Positions 27,350 to 41,928 of a stretch of DNA of 64,000 nucleotides are shown here, piece after piece. The stretch is taken from the NCBI GenBank assembly GCA_951406725.2, contig OX597837.1:10416001-10480000 (forward strand), in the 5' to 3' direction. The notes below the pieces were generated by a model. It did not search any database. It had not been told where the DNA came from and saw only the letters and a list, made by a program, of their open reading frames with translations. This DNA comes from Octopus vulgaris (taxonomy: Eukaryota). Both the position numbers and the translations under genes were made by a program. Within the stretch, counting starts at the first letter, position 1, and the number at the start of each line of letters is the position of its first letter.

Positions 27350-27892
27350 CTGCAAGAAATAGCAACTAAATGGTTCTCTCTCCCTCTCTCTCTCTCTCTC
27401 TCTGTGTCTCTCTCGAAATGCCCGCCCACCCGTTGTGGGGAAAATGGCACGGTGGAGAGAGAATGTGGGTCCTGAGTTCTGTTTCACACACAAGGAAGGA
27501 ATGAGACGGGGGAGGGAGACCAGATTTGATCAAAAGGGTCGACTTGGCTGATGTTGAACAATGAGACTTCGATAACAAAGACAGGTAGTATACAATATAC
27601 ACACACACTCATATACACATTTTATACATACATTGCATATACATATACGCACGCACTCTACACATTGACACACGTGTATATTTGTCAATTCATATACATG
27701 TGCACACACTCACATATCAAACACACACATGCGTATATACTATACTTATGGAAATACATGTATATATATACGTACTGTATATCTGTGTGAATGTAGACAT
27801 GATTTTGATTTTTCCAGTTTCAGCTCATGAGCTGTGGCCATGCTGGGGCACCATATACATATTCTATATATGTTTATACCTATTTTCATATA

Positions 27893-27943
<51 letters not shown>

Positions 27944-28180
27944 TATACAGTATATATTTATATACACACGTATATTTGTGTTTGTGTTAGTACATACATA
28001 TATATACATTATCCTTATATATATGCGTATATTTACATTATCTATAACATACTATGTATGTATATACGTATATTATATATATATATAAAAGTGTGTGTAT
28101 ACTGTACAAATCCATATATATATTATATACATATACACTCATATATACATACATATGTATATATACATACACTAAGACAG

Positions 28181-28212
<32 letters not shown>

Positions 28213-28924
28213 TATTAATATACACACACAACACAGAATATGTGTAATACATATTCCATGCTAAATGTGTCCATGAAGGAAAAAAAAGATCAAAAGTGGA
28301 AAGAAAAAAAAAAGAGAGAGAGTGTATGAGTGTGAGTGAGAGAGAGAGAGAGCGATGAGAGAAATAGGCAAACTGGATAACGAATTTGAAAAAAAAGAAA
28401 AAAGAAACTAAGGGAAGTAACTCTAAATAGTCTGCTACCTTTCACTTTATCTCCCCTTGTATAAATGAATGCCGTCATCTTTTTTTTTTTTTTTTTTTTT
28501 TCAATTCTCTCGCGTTGTTTTCTTTTGTTAATGTTTCGTTTGATTCTTTTTTTTCCCTCCTTCCCCATTATTTATTTATTCAATTATTTTTATTTTCTCC
28601 TGAAGAATTAGAGAGCGAGCGAGAGAGAGGGAGAGCAGGATGAGCAGCGCGAGTTTTTCCATGTTGTACACTCGACACTGCTTTACATTTCCCCAGAACT
28701 GCATTACATTAAAGCTCTTTTCCCAACAACAGGTCCGTTACGTCACTGGATGGCTGTTGTTGCGTTCAGCGGGGCTGTTGCTGTTGTTGTTGTTGTCGAT
28801 AAACGACTACGTACATTACGTTACATTACGTGCTGGCAATCGTCAATGCCATCATCATCATCATAATCTCCACCAATGGAAAACATCATCATCACTACGA
28901 CCTCATTCATCCAACAACCTTGTT

Positions 28925-29336
28925 TCTTTATTGCCCACAAGGGGCTAAACATAGAGGGGACAAACAAGAACACACACGTGGATTAAGTCGATTACATCGA
29001 CCCAGTGCGTAACTGGTACTTAATTTATTGACCCCGAAAGGATGAAAGGCAAAGTCGACCTCGGCGGAATTTGAACTCACAACGTAGCGGCAGACGAAAT
29101 ACCTATTTTTTTATTGCCCACAAGGGGCTAAACACAGAAGGGACAAACAAGGACAGACACACGGATTAAGTCGATTACATCGACCCCCAGTGTGTAACTG
29201 GTACTTATTTAATCGATCCCGAAAGGATGAAAGGCAAAGTCGACCTCGGCGGAATTTGAACTCAGAACGTAGCGGCAGACGAAGTACCGCTAAGCATTTC
29301 GCCCGGCGGGCTAACGTTTCTGCCAGCTCGCCGCCT
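28925..29336 (-). mobile_element. Meta-like SINE with two copies of the first module, reverse orientation
   Basis: ttgcccacaaggggctaaaca...ggattaagtcgattacatcgaccc...gaaaggatgaaaggcaaagtcgacctcggcggaatttgaactc occurs twice in tandem and ends in ctgccagctcgccgcc. Confidence 0.9.
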
Positions 29337-31482
29337 TATTCATCCAACTACCATCACCACAACCACCACCACTACCAACGTCACGATCAATATCCCTGTC
29401 ACTACCACCACCACTAACGCCCTCCTCCAGCCGCCGCCGCCATCAACATCGCCAACTCCACCATATGAAAGTCGTGACTACCACTGTGACCACAACCAAG
29501 CCACCACTACCACTCTGATGAACAAGAGCATCGCCACTACCTCCACCACCATTGCCCTTTCATCCACCCGTCGACCGAACTACCATCGCCACAGCCATCA
29601 CCGGTTCTACTGCAAACATCGTCGCTACAACCGTGATCACACCAGCCCGACGGCATCACTACCATCGTGAGGATGAGTAGCATCATCACTGCCTAGGATT
29701 TCCACCACGCACGCAAAATCAACACTGAATTCCCGCCACCACCACCCTCCTCCTAACGACATCCTTCCCACTACCACCACCATCTTAACGCCATTTCTCC
29801 TACGACTACCACAACCACTACCAGTCCAAAAACCATCATCATTATAATAAAACTTCTTTCTGTAACCACAAGAGCAACCGACAGATAAAAAAACTCACTG
29901 CAGGAAACATTATTAGAATATAAAAAAAAACGCCGTATGGATTTACATCGAAATTGAATGAAAAACAACCCCAGTACTGTAAATAAATATGTGACGATAA
30001 AGTCCTCAGAGAAGAAGACTTGCTCTTGGAGGCAAATCCTTTTCCGACTTAGAGGCGTATGCTCAAAATATAAAGGCTTCCACTTGAATCATGTTTGTTA
30101 CAGTCGCCTACCATTTAACAATTTTGTCGAAGGCGGAATCTGAACTCAGATCGTAAGGGTGGAACGAATGCCCCTAAGCATTTTGACTGCTTACTCTCGA
30201 AGCCCCTTTATGATGTCTCTGGTAAGGACAAAGATGGGCGAACTACCGCTAAGCATTTCGTCCGGCGCGCTAACGACTCTGCCAGCTCACCGCCGTAAGG
30301 AAAGAAACGAAATAATGGCGTATTAGCAAAACTGATGTGCAAAGAAGCGAAGAGAAACTTCATTCACGTAGTATATGTTACTTTCCTTTACTATAAGCAG
30401 TCCGTCGACTGAGAATGGAGATGGATATAAATAAATAAAAGAAACAATGCTTCAGTTGTTTCAGCGGCAAAACCTTTCAATATTATTCACGTCAGTAGAA
30501 TCCATGCCGATATTTAAAGGAAAAATTAATTACGTTTGACTCAGCGAGTATAGACAAAGTGAAGGGGATATAGGACGCATCCTTTAGTATATTGATTCAT
30601 AAGCCTTCGGGAACAGTGGTACCCTATTTTTTTTTTTCAGAATATTAATAAAAATAAAACAAAATATAAAGGAAACCTAGCTGGGGGCCGGACCAAACGC
30701 TGCTGCAGGCGTTACGTTTCACATTCGTGCTATAATATATACTAATTTACCCCACGTAGACACAGATCAAGGTTGAATGACTGAGTATTATTGCCAAGAA
30801 CCAACCGACAAAAAGGGCAGTGCCACCGTTGATAATTAAAAGATAAAGACCAAATCCAATAGACGGACATGAAGAAAAAAAAAACTATCTCCGTATTCGA
30901 ATCAGGTTTTTTCGATACCCGGCTGGATGATAGGGGCAGCTTACTCTTGGTTGGATTTTAAGTCTGCTTGCTCATATCGACGGGTTTCGCGCTGGGTAGG
31001 CAGACTGCTCTGCCTGTGATCGTATTTAGCCCCAGACGGAATTCGAACTTGAAAGACATTAACCCGGAATAGAGATACGATCTCTCGACCAGCATTTCAG
31101 TATAGTGAACTGGAAATTTATTTGGCGACCCCAGATAATGAGACACCAAGTATCCCAGGCAGGAATTGAACCATGTACAGAGAGATCATAAGGTATTCTA
31201 TCCGACCCTCTAACAACTCAGCAATTTCGCCTTAAATGATAATTCTATTATAGGTCTAACGCGACCATGCTGGAGCACTCTTAGCTGAGAATGTTAGTCG
31301 ATTACGTTACACTCAAGTCTCATACTTATTTTATCGATTGATCTTTGTCGAATGGCTAAGACAGGCTGGCAAACACAAATACAAAAAAACACATACATAC
31401 GTCCGGCAGTTTCCGCCTATCACACACCACTAAATTCTGCGGTGGAGCATCCTATCCATACAACCATACCTGCCCTCTCTTC

Positions 31483-31597
<115 letters not shown>

Positions 31598-33871
31598 TGC
31601 ATGAATCATTTATTAATCAGAGTTACTAGTCTCCTACACCAGAGGACTGCATCTCACTCACACGTTCCAGCTGCCGTTTAAGGTTCCACGATTGGATGCC
31701 CTTTCTGTGGCCAACAACTTTACCGAACATCTCACCGTGAAGCCAGCACCAGAAAGGTTGTCGTGATCAGAAAGGTTAAATTCAGAAGCTTGTATCCCTG
31801 AAGAGTCAACACCAAACCCACAGCGATCCATTATCACTCATATATCGTATATAATACATCATATATCGTATTACCATGCTGCATATATATATATATATAT
31901 AAGTCCGTAGTACTTCCCATGCTGTCCGTTACCGGAGGGGGGTATCGAAGAGAGAGAGAGAGAGAGAAAGAAAATGAATTTAAGAGCAGGAGAGACGAGA
32001 GATGATTAGATGGGCGGAGACGAAGCCACTATATGGAGAGCAGAGAGCAACATTTGAGCTAGAAAAGGAGAGAGAAAGAAAGACAGAAAGGAAAGTGAGT
32101 GAGTGAGACGGGGGGACGGAGATAGAAATTGAGAGACAGTGGTGGTGGTGGTTGTGGTGAGAGTAAGAGCAGAGATAGTGGTTCCGACCTTCAGCGCAAC
32201 TAGCAGAACTTCTAACGGAACAATCAATAGAGCTGTTAGATATTTTATGAGTATTGGCGTTTGTTACAAATGAATTAATTTCACGGTGGTTTCAAGCCGT
32301 GACGGATAGTAATAAATGGACATACAGACGGCCAGCCAGACAGACGGACGGACGAACGGACAGATAGTCGGTTGCGCGATCGCGCCTAGGCGTCCCGTAC
32401 AGAATGGCATGGATGGCTACAGATATTGGCTGATGGTTGAATTCGCGGTTGAATGGACACGCGAACGAGTTATATGCCAAACTAAACCAAAAACACGGAC
32501 ATATCCAGACACGTACATGAAACAAGTTGACTGAATGAAACATCGAGAGAGGCAGCCATTTCTGAACCTAAGACTACCGAGGCATACAGGTGGCGCAGCT
32601 GGGTTTTTTTTTTTTTTTTTTTTTTTTTTTGTTAACTTTTAGGAACGTCGTGATATTGAGTTTAGTGTCGCTATTGCTTAGGACCTTCGGAAAATGTCTT
32701 CTGCTATAGCCTTGCCCCAACCAATGCTTTGCGGATGGATTTGGTAGGCGGATACTGCGCCTATATTCTAAGAAGCTACCGTCCCAACAACATGGCCCTG
32801 GGTTCAGTACCTCTGTGTGACACCTTGGACATGTGCCTCCAACTATAGCCCTGGCCCGGTCAATGCCTTAAGGACATATCCAGCTGAACTTGATAGACAG
32901 AAACTATGCAGAAGCCTGCCGTATATAATATCTGTGCGTTTATGTATGTATGATACGCAAATCCATATATTCTGAGTGGAATATTGATACCTCTTCGTTT
33001 CTTCAGGCAAAAGTTGTAGACACAGACATTTCCATCACTTGAGAAAAGGTGTCGGATTGTTTACGCACCACCACCCCGTAACTTATCGGTTCCGGGATAA
33101 TAAAAAAAAGATACGCTGAGACGAAATCTTTAGAAGCCATGCTTGTATTCGAAATTGTTTCCAAAGACTTATTAAAGTCCAAGTTAGGCAAACACAATTG
33201 ATTTTATACATTTAATGAGTCGGAACTCTTGAATGTTCCAGTGCAATTTGAACTCAGGATATAATGAGTCAGAAAAGCATTTTCTCTCGAAATTCTAACG
33301 GTTCTGCCAACTCGCTGATCGCTTAATAAGCATTTCTAATTTTAGCACAAGGCCAGTCATTTCTCAGGTAAAGGTGGATAGAAATCGATTACATCAACTC
33401 AGGTGCTCAACTGATAGTTGTTCTATCAAACCCCAAACGATGAAAGGCAAAGACAACCTGGGCGGTATTTGAACTCAGCACCAGGGCACATGAGAGATCG
33501 TTTTCTAATTAAGCTATTTCCATACGAGCTTCCACTTTTTAGTTGAGGGGAGGGGCAATTTTGATGGTTCCCGGGGGTCATTTACCTTAGCTGTGTAGTT
33601 TGTCCAGAACACTAACGATTCTGCCATCGCACCGACTTAAATTGTTTCAAATTTTAGCAGAAGGTCATCGATTTTAGGGTTGAGTGGGTTAATCGATTAC
33701 ATCGACTCCCAGTGGGTTATTTTATGTTATCGAGGCTGAAAGGCAAACTCGACCTCGGCGGGATTTGAACTCAGAACGTTAACCGCCAGTAGAAATACCG
33801 CGAAAGTATTTTGTCCGATGCACTATCCATTGTGCCAACTCGCCGCCTTATACTTAAATCATATTTAATAT

Positions 33872-34300
33872 TCTTTTACTTGTTTCAGTCATTAGACTGC
33901 GGCTATGCTGGAGCACCGCCTTTAGTCAAACAAATCGACCCCGGGACTTATTCTTTGTAAGCCTAGTACTTGTTCTATTAGTCTCTTTTGCCGAGCCGCA
34001 TCGATTGTCAAGCAATGCTAGGGAGACCAACACCGACACACACATATATACACATATATACGACGGGCTTCTTTCAGTTTCCGTCTACCATATCCACTCA
34101 CAAGGCTTTGGTCGGCCTGAGGCTATATATACATAGGGCGGGCTTCTTTCAGATTCCCTCAACCAAATTCATTCACAAGGCTTTGGTTGGACCGAGGCTA
34201 TAGTAGAAGACACTAGCCCAAGATGCCACGCAGTGGGACAGAACCCGGAACCATGTGGTTGGTTAGCAAGCTACTTACCACACAGCCACTCCTGCGCCTA
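33872..34300 (-). mobile_element. CORE-like tRNA SINE with an internal partial duplication, reverse orientation
   Basis: tacttgtttcagtcattagactgcggctatgctgg...cgggcttctttcag (twice)...ctacttaccacacagccactcctgcgcc. Confidence 0.85.
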
Positions 34301-35393
34301 TATAATTAACTCTTTAAAAAAAAAAAAAGGCCCCAAACAGAATAGGCAATAGGTTTTTAAAACCCAGGCGTTGTCAGAGAAGAGCGGTGTAAAGCAAAAT
34401 AGTCCGATGATTCATGTTGGCCGCGAATGTTGCGAATTTTTAATCAATATAGCAAATACTTGATTAGGCTAATTACAAATAAATTAGTTGGAGTGAGAGA
34501 CGACGGAGACGACAGCTCCATAAATTGATGAGTCGGAGTCACAGACTTGACTCCCCGACTCCACTCCACTGGCATACCCCATGGTCCCTCCAATGGTCCG
34601 AGGACTCCAAAGAAGCAATGCTCAGAAATTCACATCATCCATGTAATATGTCAAGTAATAAATGTGTGTGTTATATATATATATATACATACACACACAC
34701 ACACAACTTATTTATGTAGATGGAACTATGACAAAAAAGATACACATTCACACACACACACACACACATCAAAGGAAAATATATTCATACATGCAGGATT
34801 ATAGTAAAGTATGTGTGTACACAAACGAACATGTATATATGCAAAGATACACAGACACAGACACACACACACACACACAGACACACACACACACACATTC
34901 ATAAGAACATGTATATATATGATGCATATACACACAAGCAGATACAGGTGTTCATACACACATACAATCAGCCATATACATTTACACATTCCTATTCATA
35001 CATACATGTACATACATATACATACACTACATATAGATACAAACCTACGTATACATATATAAACACACCCATGTTAATATTCATTATACATACATATATG
35101 AATGCATATAAATATGTATATATTTTCATTCGTCTATACACCTGTTTTTGCCTGTGTCTACCTATGTCTAAGATTAGACAGAATGAATTCATACAACACT
35201 GAGGCGTATCTACTCCAAAGCTCTCTAAATGAAATATATAAAGGAAAAATTCAAAAAAGAATTCCAAGCTGTGAATAATGGTACGACAATATCGACTAAA
35301 AGATTGGAATGAAATTAACCTGAGAGACAAGATTTATTCTTTACCAAACACATACAAAAGAGACATGGAAAATATCTTCAAAAGTATATATAT

Positions 35394-35424
<31 letters not shown>

Positions 35425-35529
35425 CATACATACATACATACATATATATATATTCACTCTCATTGTTCGGCATCGATATATATACATACATAGCAAATTG
35501 TGTATGCTTTTTTTTGCATAACACATACA

Positions 35530-35569
<40 letters not shown>

Positions 35570-35704
35570 TAACAAAGAGGGTCTTTGCTATAATTATTTA
35601 AACTTTTACCGAATATGGTCCTTTTCCATACCGAAATACTACTTGGTGAAATTTGTTGATTTTATTAAGTTAATTATATTTCACCCTTTATCTGTATGTA
35701 TGTG

Positions 35705-35736
<32 letters not shown>

Positions 35737-36054
35737 TACATATAAATAGATACATACATATCAAATTGTGTGTGCCTTTTTTTTTTGCATAAAACACACG
35801 TCTCTCTCAACCTCTCTCTATATATATCTACATGCATGTGCAAGCATGTGTTGTATGTGTATATAAGAATATATGTGTATGGACGTATGTTATATATATA
35901 TATGTGTAGGGTATAACATATATTAAATGCCTTATATAGAACCCAGGACTTGTGGGACATTCGAGAAGAGGTATGCTCTCTTAAATTAAAGAAGGACCCA
36001 CCCTTATCAATCACCAACCAGCCAGCCAGCCACCAGGCGAAACTTTTCACACAA

Positions 36055-36098
<44 letters not shown>

Positions 36099-36122
36099 AC
36101 ACGCATATGCACAGATATACAT

Positions 36123-36160
<38 letters not shown>

Positions 36161-36493
36161 GCGCATACATACATACACACATTCCGCTTACACAATAATA
36201 AATATTTGTTAGTAGGTAACTATAGGAGCAACAGTGCTCACACACATGTGTGTACACATGTGTGTACACATGTGTGTACACATGTGTGTGTGTGTGTGTA
36301 GCTGATCCCTGGATGCGCGTGCGACGAACAGAATATGCGCATTTGTATATATGCACTTGAGTAATGTATATTATAAGTGAGTATACATGAGTATACAGTC
36401 TTATTGCACGAGTCTAGATGCGTGTTAGAGGAAGGATGAGATGCATGTGTAGAAAAAGAGAGATAGAGAGTGAGAGAGAGAAGACGTGTGTGA

Positions 36494-36534
<41 letters not shown>

Positions 36535-36572
36535 AATGGTATGACTGAGGCTGTGCACAGGATTGCAATATG

Positions 36573-36603
<31 letters not shown>

Positions 36604-36745
36604 CATATATACATATATATATACACATATATCAGTGAATTTGTGCGTGTGTGAATACATGCATGTATCTATACACACACACATACACACGCATGCGTGC
36701 GCGTGTGTGCATGTATGTATATAGTGTTGCGTGTGCATCTCTTAC

Positions 36746-36842
36746 CAATAGGCTCAGCAGAAGAGTCTGCCCTGACGTCATTCGACATATATAGCATCAG
36801 TGCGATTGAATCGAACCTGTAAGCCAGCCACCATGTTGTGGC
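36746..36842 (-). CDS. Putative short exon: (ATTWWLAYR)FDSIALMLYMSNDVRADSSAEPI, with alternative acceptors at 36843/36846 or 36817
   Basis: A unique-sequence island between microsatellites. Donor attg|GTAAGA at 36745, NAGNAG acceptor cacacagcAG, one open frame. No recognised homology. Confidence 0.4.
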
Positions 36843-36984
36843 CTGCTGTGTGTGCGCGCATACGAGTGTACGCGCGTGTGTGTGAGAGAGGAGGGGTTTA
36901 AAAGATAGATAGAGAGAGAGAGAGAGGGAGACAGAGAGAGAGTCACCGACAGATAGGCTAACAGCCATACTTAGTCATATATGG

Positions 36985-37200
36985 ATAGATAGCAAGATAG
37001 CTAGATAGATAGCTAGATAGCTAGATAGATAGCTAGATAGATAGATAGACAGATAGATAGGTAAGATGGATAGCTAGATAAGATGGATAGATAGATACAT
37101 ACATACATAGATAGATAGACAGATGGATAGACAGACAGGCAGGCAGAGAGAGATAGATAGACAGATAGATAGATTGATAGGTAGATAGATAGATAGATAA

Positions 37201-37275
<75 letters not shown>

Positions 37276-37286
37276 TAGACATAGAC

Positions 37287-37350
<64 letters not shown>
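36985..37350. repeat. (GATA)n microsatellite array
   Basis: Directly visible. Confidence 0.95.
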
Positions 37351-37351
<1 letters not shown>

Positions 37352-37991
37352 CAAATGCGCAACTGTGAGCGCCATTGTGTTTTAGCGGGTCTATGGGAAT
37401 ATGTGAAGTGTGTATGTAAGTGTTTGTGTGTGAGTGTGTGCCTGTGTGTGAACATGGATTGTGGTTTTAGATGATTACCAAAGTTCAATAAATATCGATT
37501 AAACCAAGCTACTGTTGATTAACCCCGCATCGGCTCTGGACTTGCTCTTTATCCCTAAATCACCCTTCGTCTTCCTGACCCTCGTAATGAAAGGCCCTGC
37601 CAGCCTTGCCAATCCTGTACTTTTCCCTAAGTCCAGAGAGCTGAGGGCCACATTGTCCAGAATTTAATTTCAGAATACAACAATAATATGATCTGATAGG
37701 GTTCGGACTGCTATTTCTAGAATCCGAGTGTGTCGAGATAGAGAATCCTTTGTTGGCCCTGGTTTCGAGCCTTGTAAATTAGCTCCCAATTAGGGTCTCG
37801 CTCTGAACATTTATGTCTGATGGGACAGATCGAAGGCAACCCTGCCATGACCATCAAGTCGAACGTTATACATTATCCATGAAGAGAGAGATCTGCTTCC
37901 CTCGTACGTTGATGTGATTTGAGGAAGTTTTCTGTTTGTGCGATGCATAGCAGTCCAAGTCATCAGATCGGGAGAAGATCGTCGACGCAAA

Positions 37992-38027
<36 letters not shown>

Positions 38028-38591
38028 TCTAGCTATCTTGAACCGTCCAACCCATGCTAGCATGGAAAACGGACGTTAAACGACTTTGCTTGTATATATA
38101 CGTGTTTGTGTATGTATATACATGCACACATATGAACATTTATATGCGTATGTGAGTGGTATGTGTGTGTATAGAAATAAATATATATACGACTGGAGCC
38201 TGGCGCAGCCTTCTGGTTTCCCAGACCCCTGTGGGAACCATCCAACCCATGCTAGCATGGAAAATGGACGTTAAGCGATGATGATGATATATATATGTAT
38301 ATATCTCACACACACACATGCGAGTGTATATATATACACACACATACTAGTGCGCGCATATGTATGTATATGTATCTTAGTACAGACATCTATATACGCA
38401 CACACGTTATATAGTCCTTTACCTTTGAATTGTTTCAGCCATTCGTTTGTGGCCATGCTGGGGCACCACCCTGGAGGGCTTTAGTTAAACAACCAAAAAA
38501 AATTTATAATTGAATTAAATGCTAAATGAATTTTTAAATATAATAATACGTGTGTATGGGAGCGTGCAAACATTATACATCTAGAAGTCCA

Positions 38592-38990
38592 AGGCGGCGA
38601 GATGGCAGAAACGTTAGCACCACGGACGAAATACTTAGCGGTATTTTGTCTGTCGTAACGTTCTGAGTTCAAATTCCGCCGAGGTCGACTCTGCCTTTCA
38701 TCCTTTCGGGGTCGATTAAATAATTTACCAGTTACGCACTTGGGTCGATGTAATCGACTTAATCCGTTTTTCTGTCCTTGTTTGTCCCCTCTGTTTAGCC
38801 CCTTCTGGGTACTAAAGAAATAGGTATATCGTCTGTCGTTACGTTCTGAGTTCAAAATCCGCCGAGGTCGACTTTGCCTTTCATCCTTTCGGGGTCGATA
38901 AACTAAGTACTAGTTGCATGTTGGGGTCGATGTAACCGACTGGCCCCTTTCCCCAAAATTTCGAGCCTTGTGCCTAGAGTAGAAAAGATT
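38592..38990 (+). mobile_element. Dimeric Meta-like SINE, well-preserved copy
   Basis: aaggcggcgagatggcagaaacgttagcac...(ttctgagttcaaa..ccgccgaggtcgact.tgcctttcatcctttcggggtcgat) twice, ending ccttgtgcctagagtagaaaagatt. Confidence 0.9.
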
Positions 38991-39163
38991 GTAAATTTAG
39001 AAATCCAATTTGCGTTTAAATGATACAGAAAAAGGGCTTCTTTTTTTTCGGTGGTGGTGGGCGGCTATTTTGTTAGTGACTATTCTTTGATATATAATAA
39101 AAGTTTTGATCCATAAAGGAAGCGGGGTTCGTTGGTCTAAAAATGCCAAAACACAACGCTAAC

Positions 39164-39297
39164 CCTGTTCCGTAATGCAGACACAGTTCAACTACCCACG
39201 GAGGTATAAATGGCCGAGACAGTAGACCAGATATCATGTAGGGCCCGGAGCCGTAGAAGCAAACCATGGGACAGGGGCTTCAGTGAAGCAAGAGAGA
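39164..39297 (-). CDS. Putative 134-nt exon; internal ATG at 39267 gives MVCFYGSGPYMISGLLSRPFIPPWVVELCLHYGTG
   Basis: Acceptor ccatctctttctccaccgtcgtgtcacAG at 39298 and donor cagg|GTTAGC at 39163. GC-balanced unique sequence. Read from the acceptor, all three frames contain a stop. Confidence 0.35.
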
Positions 39298-40314
39298 CTG
39301 TGACACGACGGTGGAGAAAGAGATGGGAATGGGGGAATGAGAGACAGCGCCCATGCTACAACTTTTGGGTCACCCAGTATAATTTATGCATGTTTCTCAC
39401 ACTGTGGCCATACTGGAGTACTGCTTTGAAGAACTTTAATGGAAAACATAGATCCAGGAGTTTTGTTGTTGTTTTTTTCAATCCGAGCTGCCGCTAAGTT
39501 ACAGGGATGTAAATGCACCACCGCTAGACAGGCGGTGGGAGGGGGAGAAACAAAGACACACATCGATACATACAGGACTACATCATCATCATCATCATCA
39601 TCATTTAGCGTCCGTTTTCCATGCTAGCATGGGTTTACAGAGACGTAAATAAACAAACGCCGGTTAAAAGGCAGTGGGGGAGGATACAGACACAGATATA
39701 CACACCTGTGTGCGCACATACACAATCACGACCGGCTTCTTTCAGTTTCCGTCAGCCAAATCCTCTTACAAGGCTTTGGTTGAACCGAGGCTATATAAGA
39801 CCCTTCGTCAAGGTGCCAGCCACGTAGTGGGACTGAACCCGGGACCATGTGCTTGGGGACAGCACCCACACACATTATTATGTATAATATAATGATAATA
39901 GCGATGATGATGATGATGACTCTACAACATGTAGTACAAGGATATCCACACACGTGCGTTAAAGCGGCGTCATATCTGTTCTTTTGATCTTGCTTATATT
40001 TCTGTTTTGATAAGGGGTTCACTCGAACCGACGTCCGTCTATTCCTCTACCTTTTGCTCGCCATATTATATTTACTCTGCACAGCTTCTGTTGATTGGTA
40101 CCTATGTGTTTATCTTTTTTTCAAATTTTTGTCTACCTGTTGTAACGTGTCATTTTGTCCATTTGTCCGTCTCCTATCACTCACCTGTTCAATTTCTGCG
40201 GTCACTGATTGTCAGAGAGAGAGGAGACAGACAGAATGAAGGGGAGGGAGAGAGGCAGACAGCGATTGAAATGAAAATAGAGTAGAGGCCCCCTTGTTTC
40301 CAATCCAAATATGA

Positions 40315-40361
<47 letters not shown>

Positions 40362-40579
40362 GAGAGAGAGAGAGAGAGAGAGAAATTAATAAATAAAACA
40401 TATGCATATATACATACATAACAAACAGCGCCCATGCTACAACTTTTGGGTCACCCAATATAATCTAGTTGCCGTTTACCAAATCCACTCACAAGACACT
40501 TGCCCAAGACGCCATAGGGTGAGTCTGAACCTGGGACCACGTTGTTGGTAAACAAGCAACTTACCACACAGCCACTCTT

Positions 40580-40675
<96 letters not shown>

Positions 40676-41534
40676 TGTGTGTGTGTGTGCGTATATATAT
40701 ATAAAATCGTCCAACCCATGCTAGCATGGAGTGTGGACGTTAAACGGTGATGATGATGATTATAAAACCTACGCGCAAGCAACATGTTCGCATGAATTTA
40801 CGTCCGTGTGTCTTCATACACAGAAGGAGGATTATGAATTTATCATCTGTGTACGTATGTATACATGTGTATACACTTCCTATGCATGAGTGTGTGTTTG
40901 TACTCCGCGCACATGCGTTCATTTATATATACTCCCGCATATTCATATTCATTCCTGTAACGGCAGTTGTTCCGCACATGAAGGAGTGTGTGTGTATGTA
41001 TGTATATATGTATGTATGTATGTATGTGCGTGTCTGTCTATATAAGTATGCATGTACATATATGTGGATGGTTGAACGTATATAGAAGGTCACATAGTCA
41101 ATACATAATCCATTAGACTACAAAGCGAAACATTCCTTCGTGAACAAATTCCATTTGTTCTTCGACACTCACACATCTCCCTGCGTACACACCATATTCC
41201 TGTGTCTATATAAATAGAATGTCACTCTCTGCGCAGGACTGCCATTCAAAATGTCCTCAAATAGACAAGCCTACTTATATACATTCTTACATTTATATGC
41301 AAGTGTGACACACACACACACACACACACACGTATGTACACATTGCAGAGAACATAACAAAAGAATAAAGTGAATGTTTTACGAATGACATCTTTACACG
41401 TGTTTCATTGACTATTAAATGCTGATTATGTGAAATTATTTCCGCATCATTTCTGCGCACCCGCCACTTACTTCCCCCCGGAAGCATTATATGAAAAAGC
41501 ATCCGATCATGTGTTTAGTATGGCAAAAATAAAT

Positions 41535-41928
41535 AGATCTTTTCGGTTTGAACGACAGTTTTTAACATAATTTCTAGGTAACTAAAAAGTTTTAAAACTT
41601 CGTACACTGGTAGAATGTGTTTATAAAACATCTTTTTCTCTTGGCTTTATTGAGAAAATTCTATAGTTTGTAACATATTTGTTGTTTTCTTTCTTCAATT
41701 TCCGCAATTTCAACAAATCATTGACGTCTATGTGCCGTATGAATATGTCCCTCGTTTAAGAAGCAGATTGGGTTTATTTACATTTGTGAAGAAAAAAAAA
41801 ATACCCTTCCCCCACCTCTAACCCTAAAACAGATTAAAATGCAATAGATCGATACTAGGGTCATAATTATGGGTGACAATTTCATATGACACCGCTAGAA
41901 AAAACTGCCGTTCAAACCGAAAAGATCC
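41535..41928 (+). mobile_element. Full-length MITE (about 394 bp) with about 28-bp terminal inverted repeats
   Basis: Left end gatcttttcggtttgaacgacagttttt, right end aaaaactgccgttcaaaccgaaaagatc, internal ctaaccctaa motif. Partial copies at about 21799 and 46398. No clear TSD. Confidence 0.9.

Noticed and set aside
28642-28765. Two short hairpins (agcagcgcgagt/actcgacactgct and caacaacag/ctgttgttg)
   Set aside because: Stems of only about 12-14 bp, too short for pre-miRNAs, and partly built from simple repeats.
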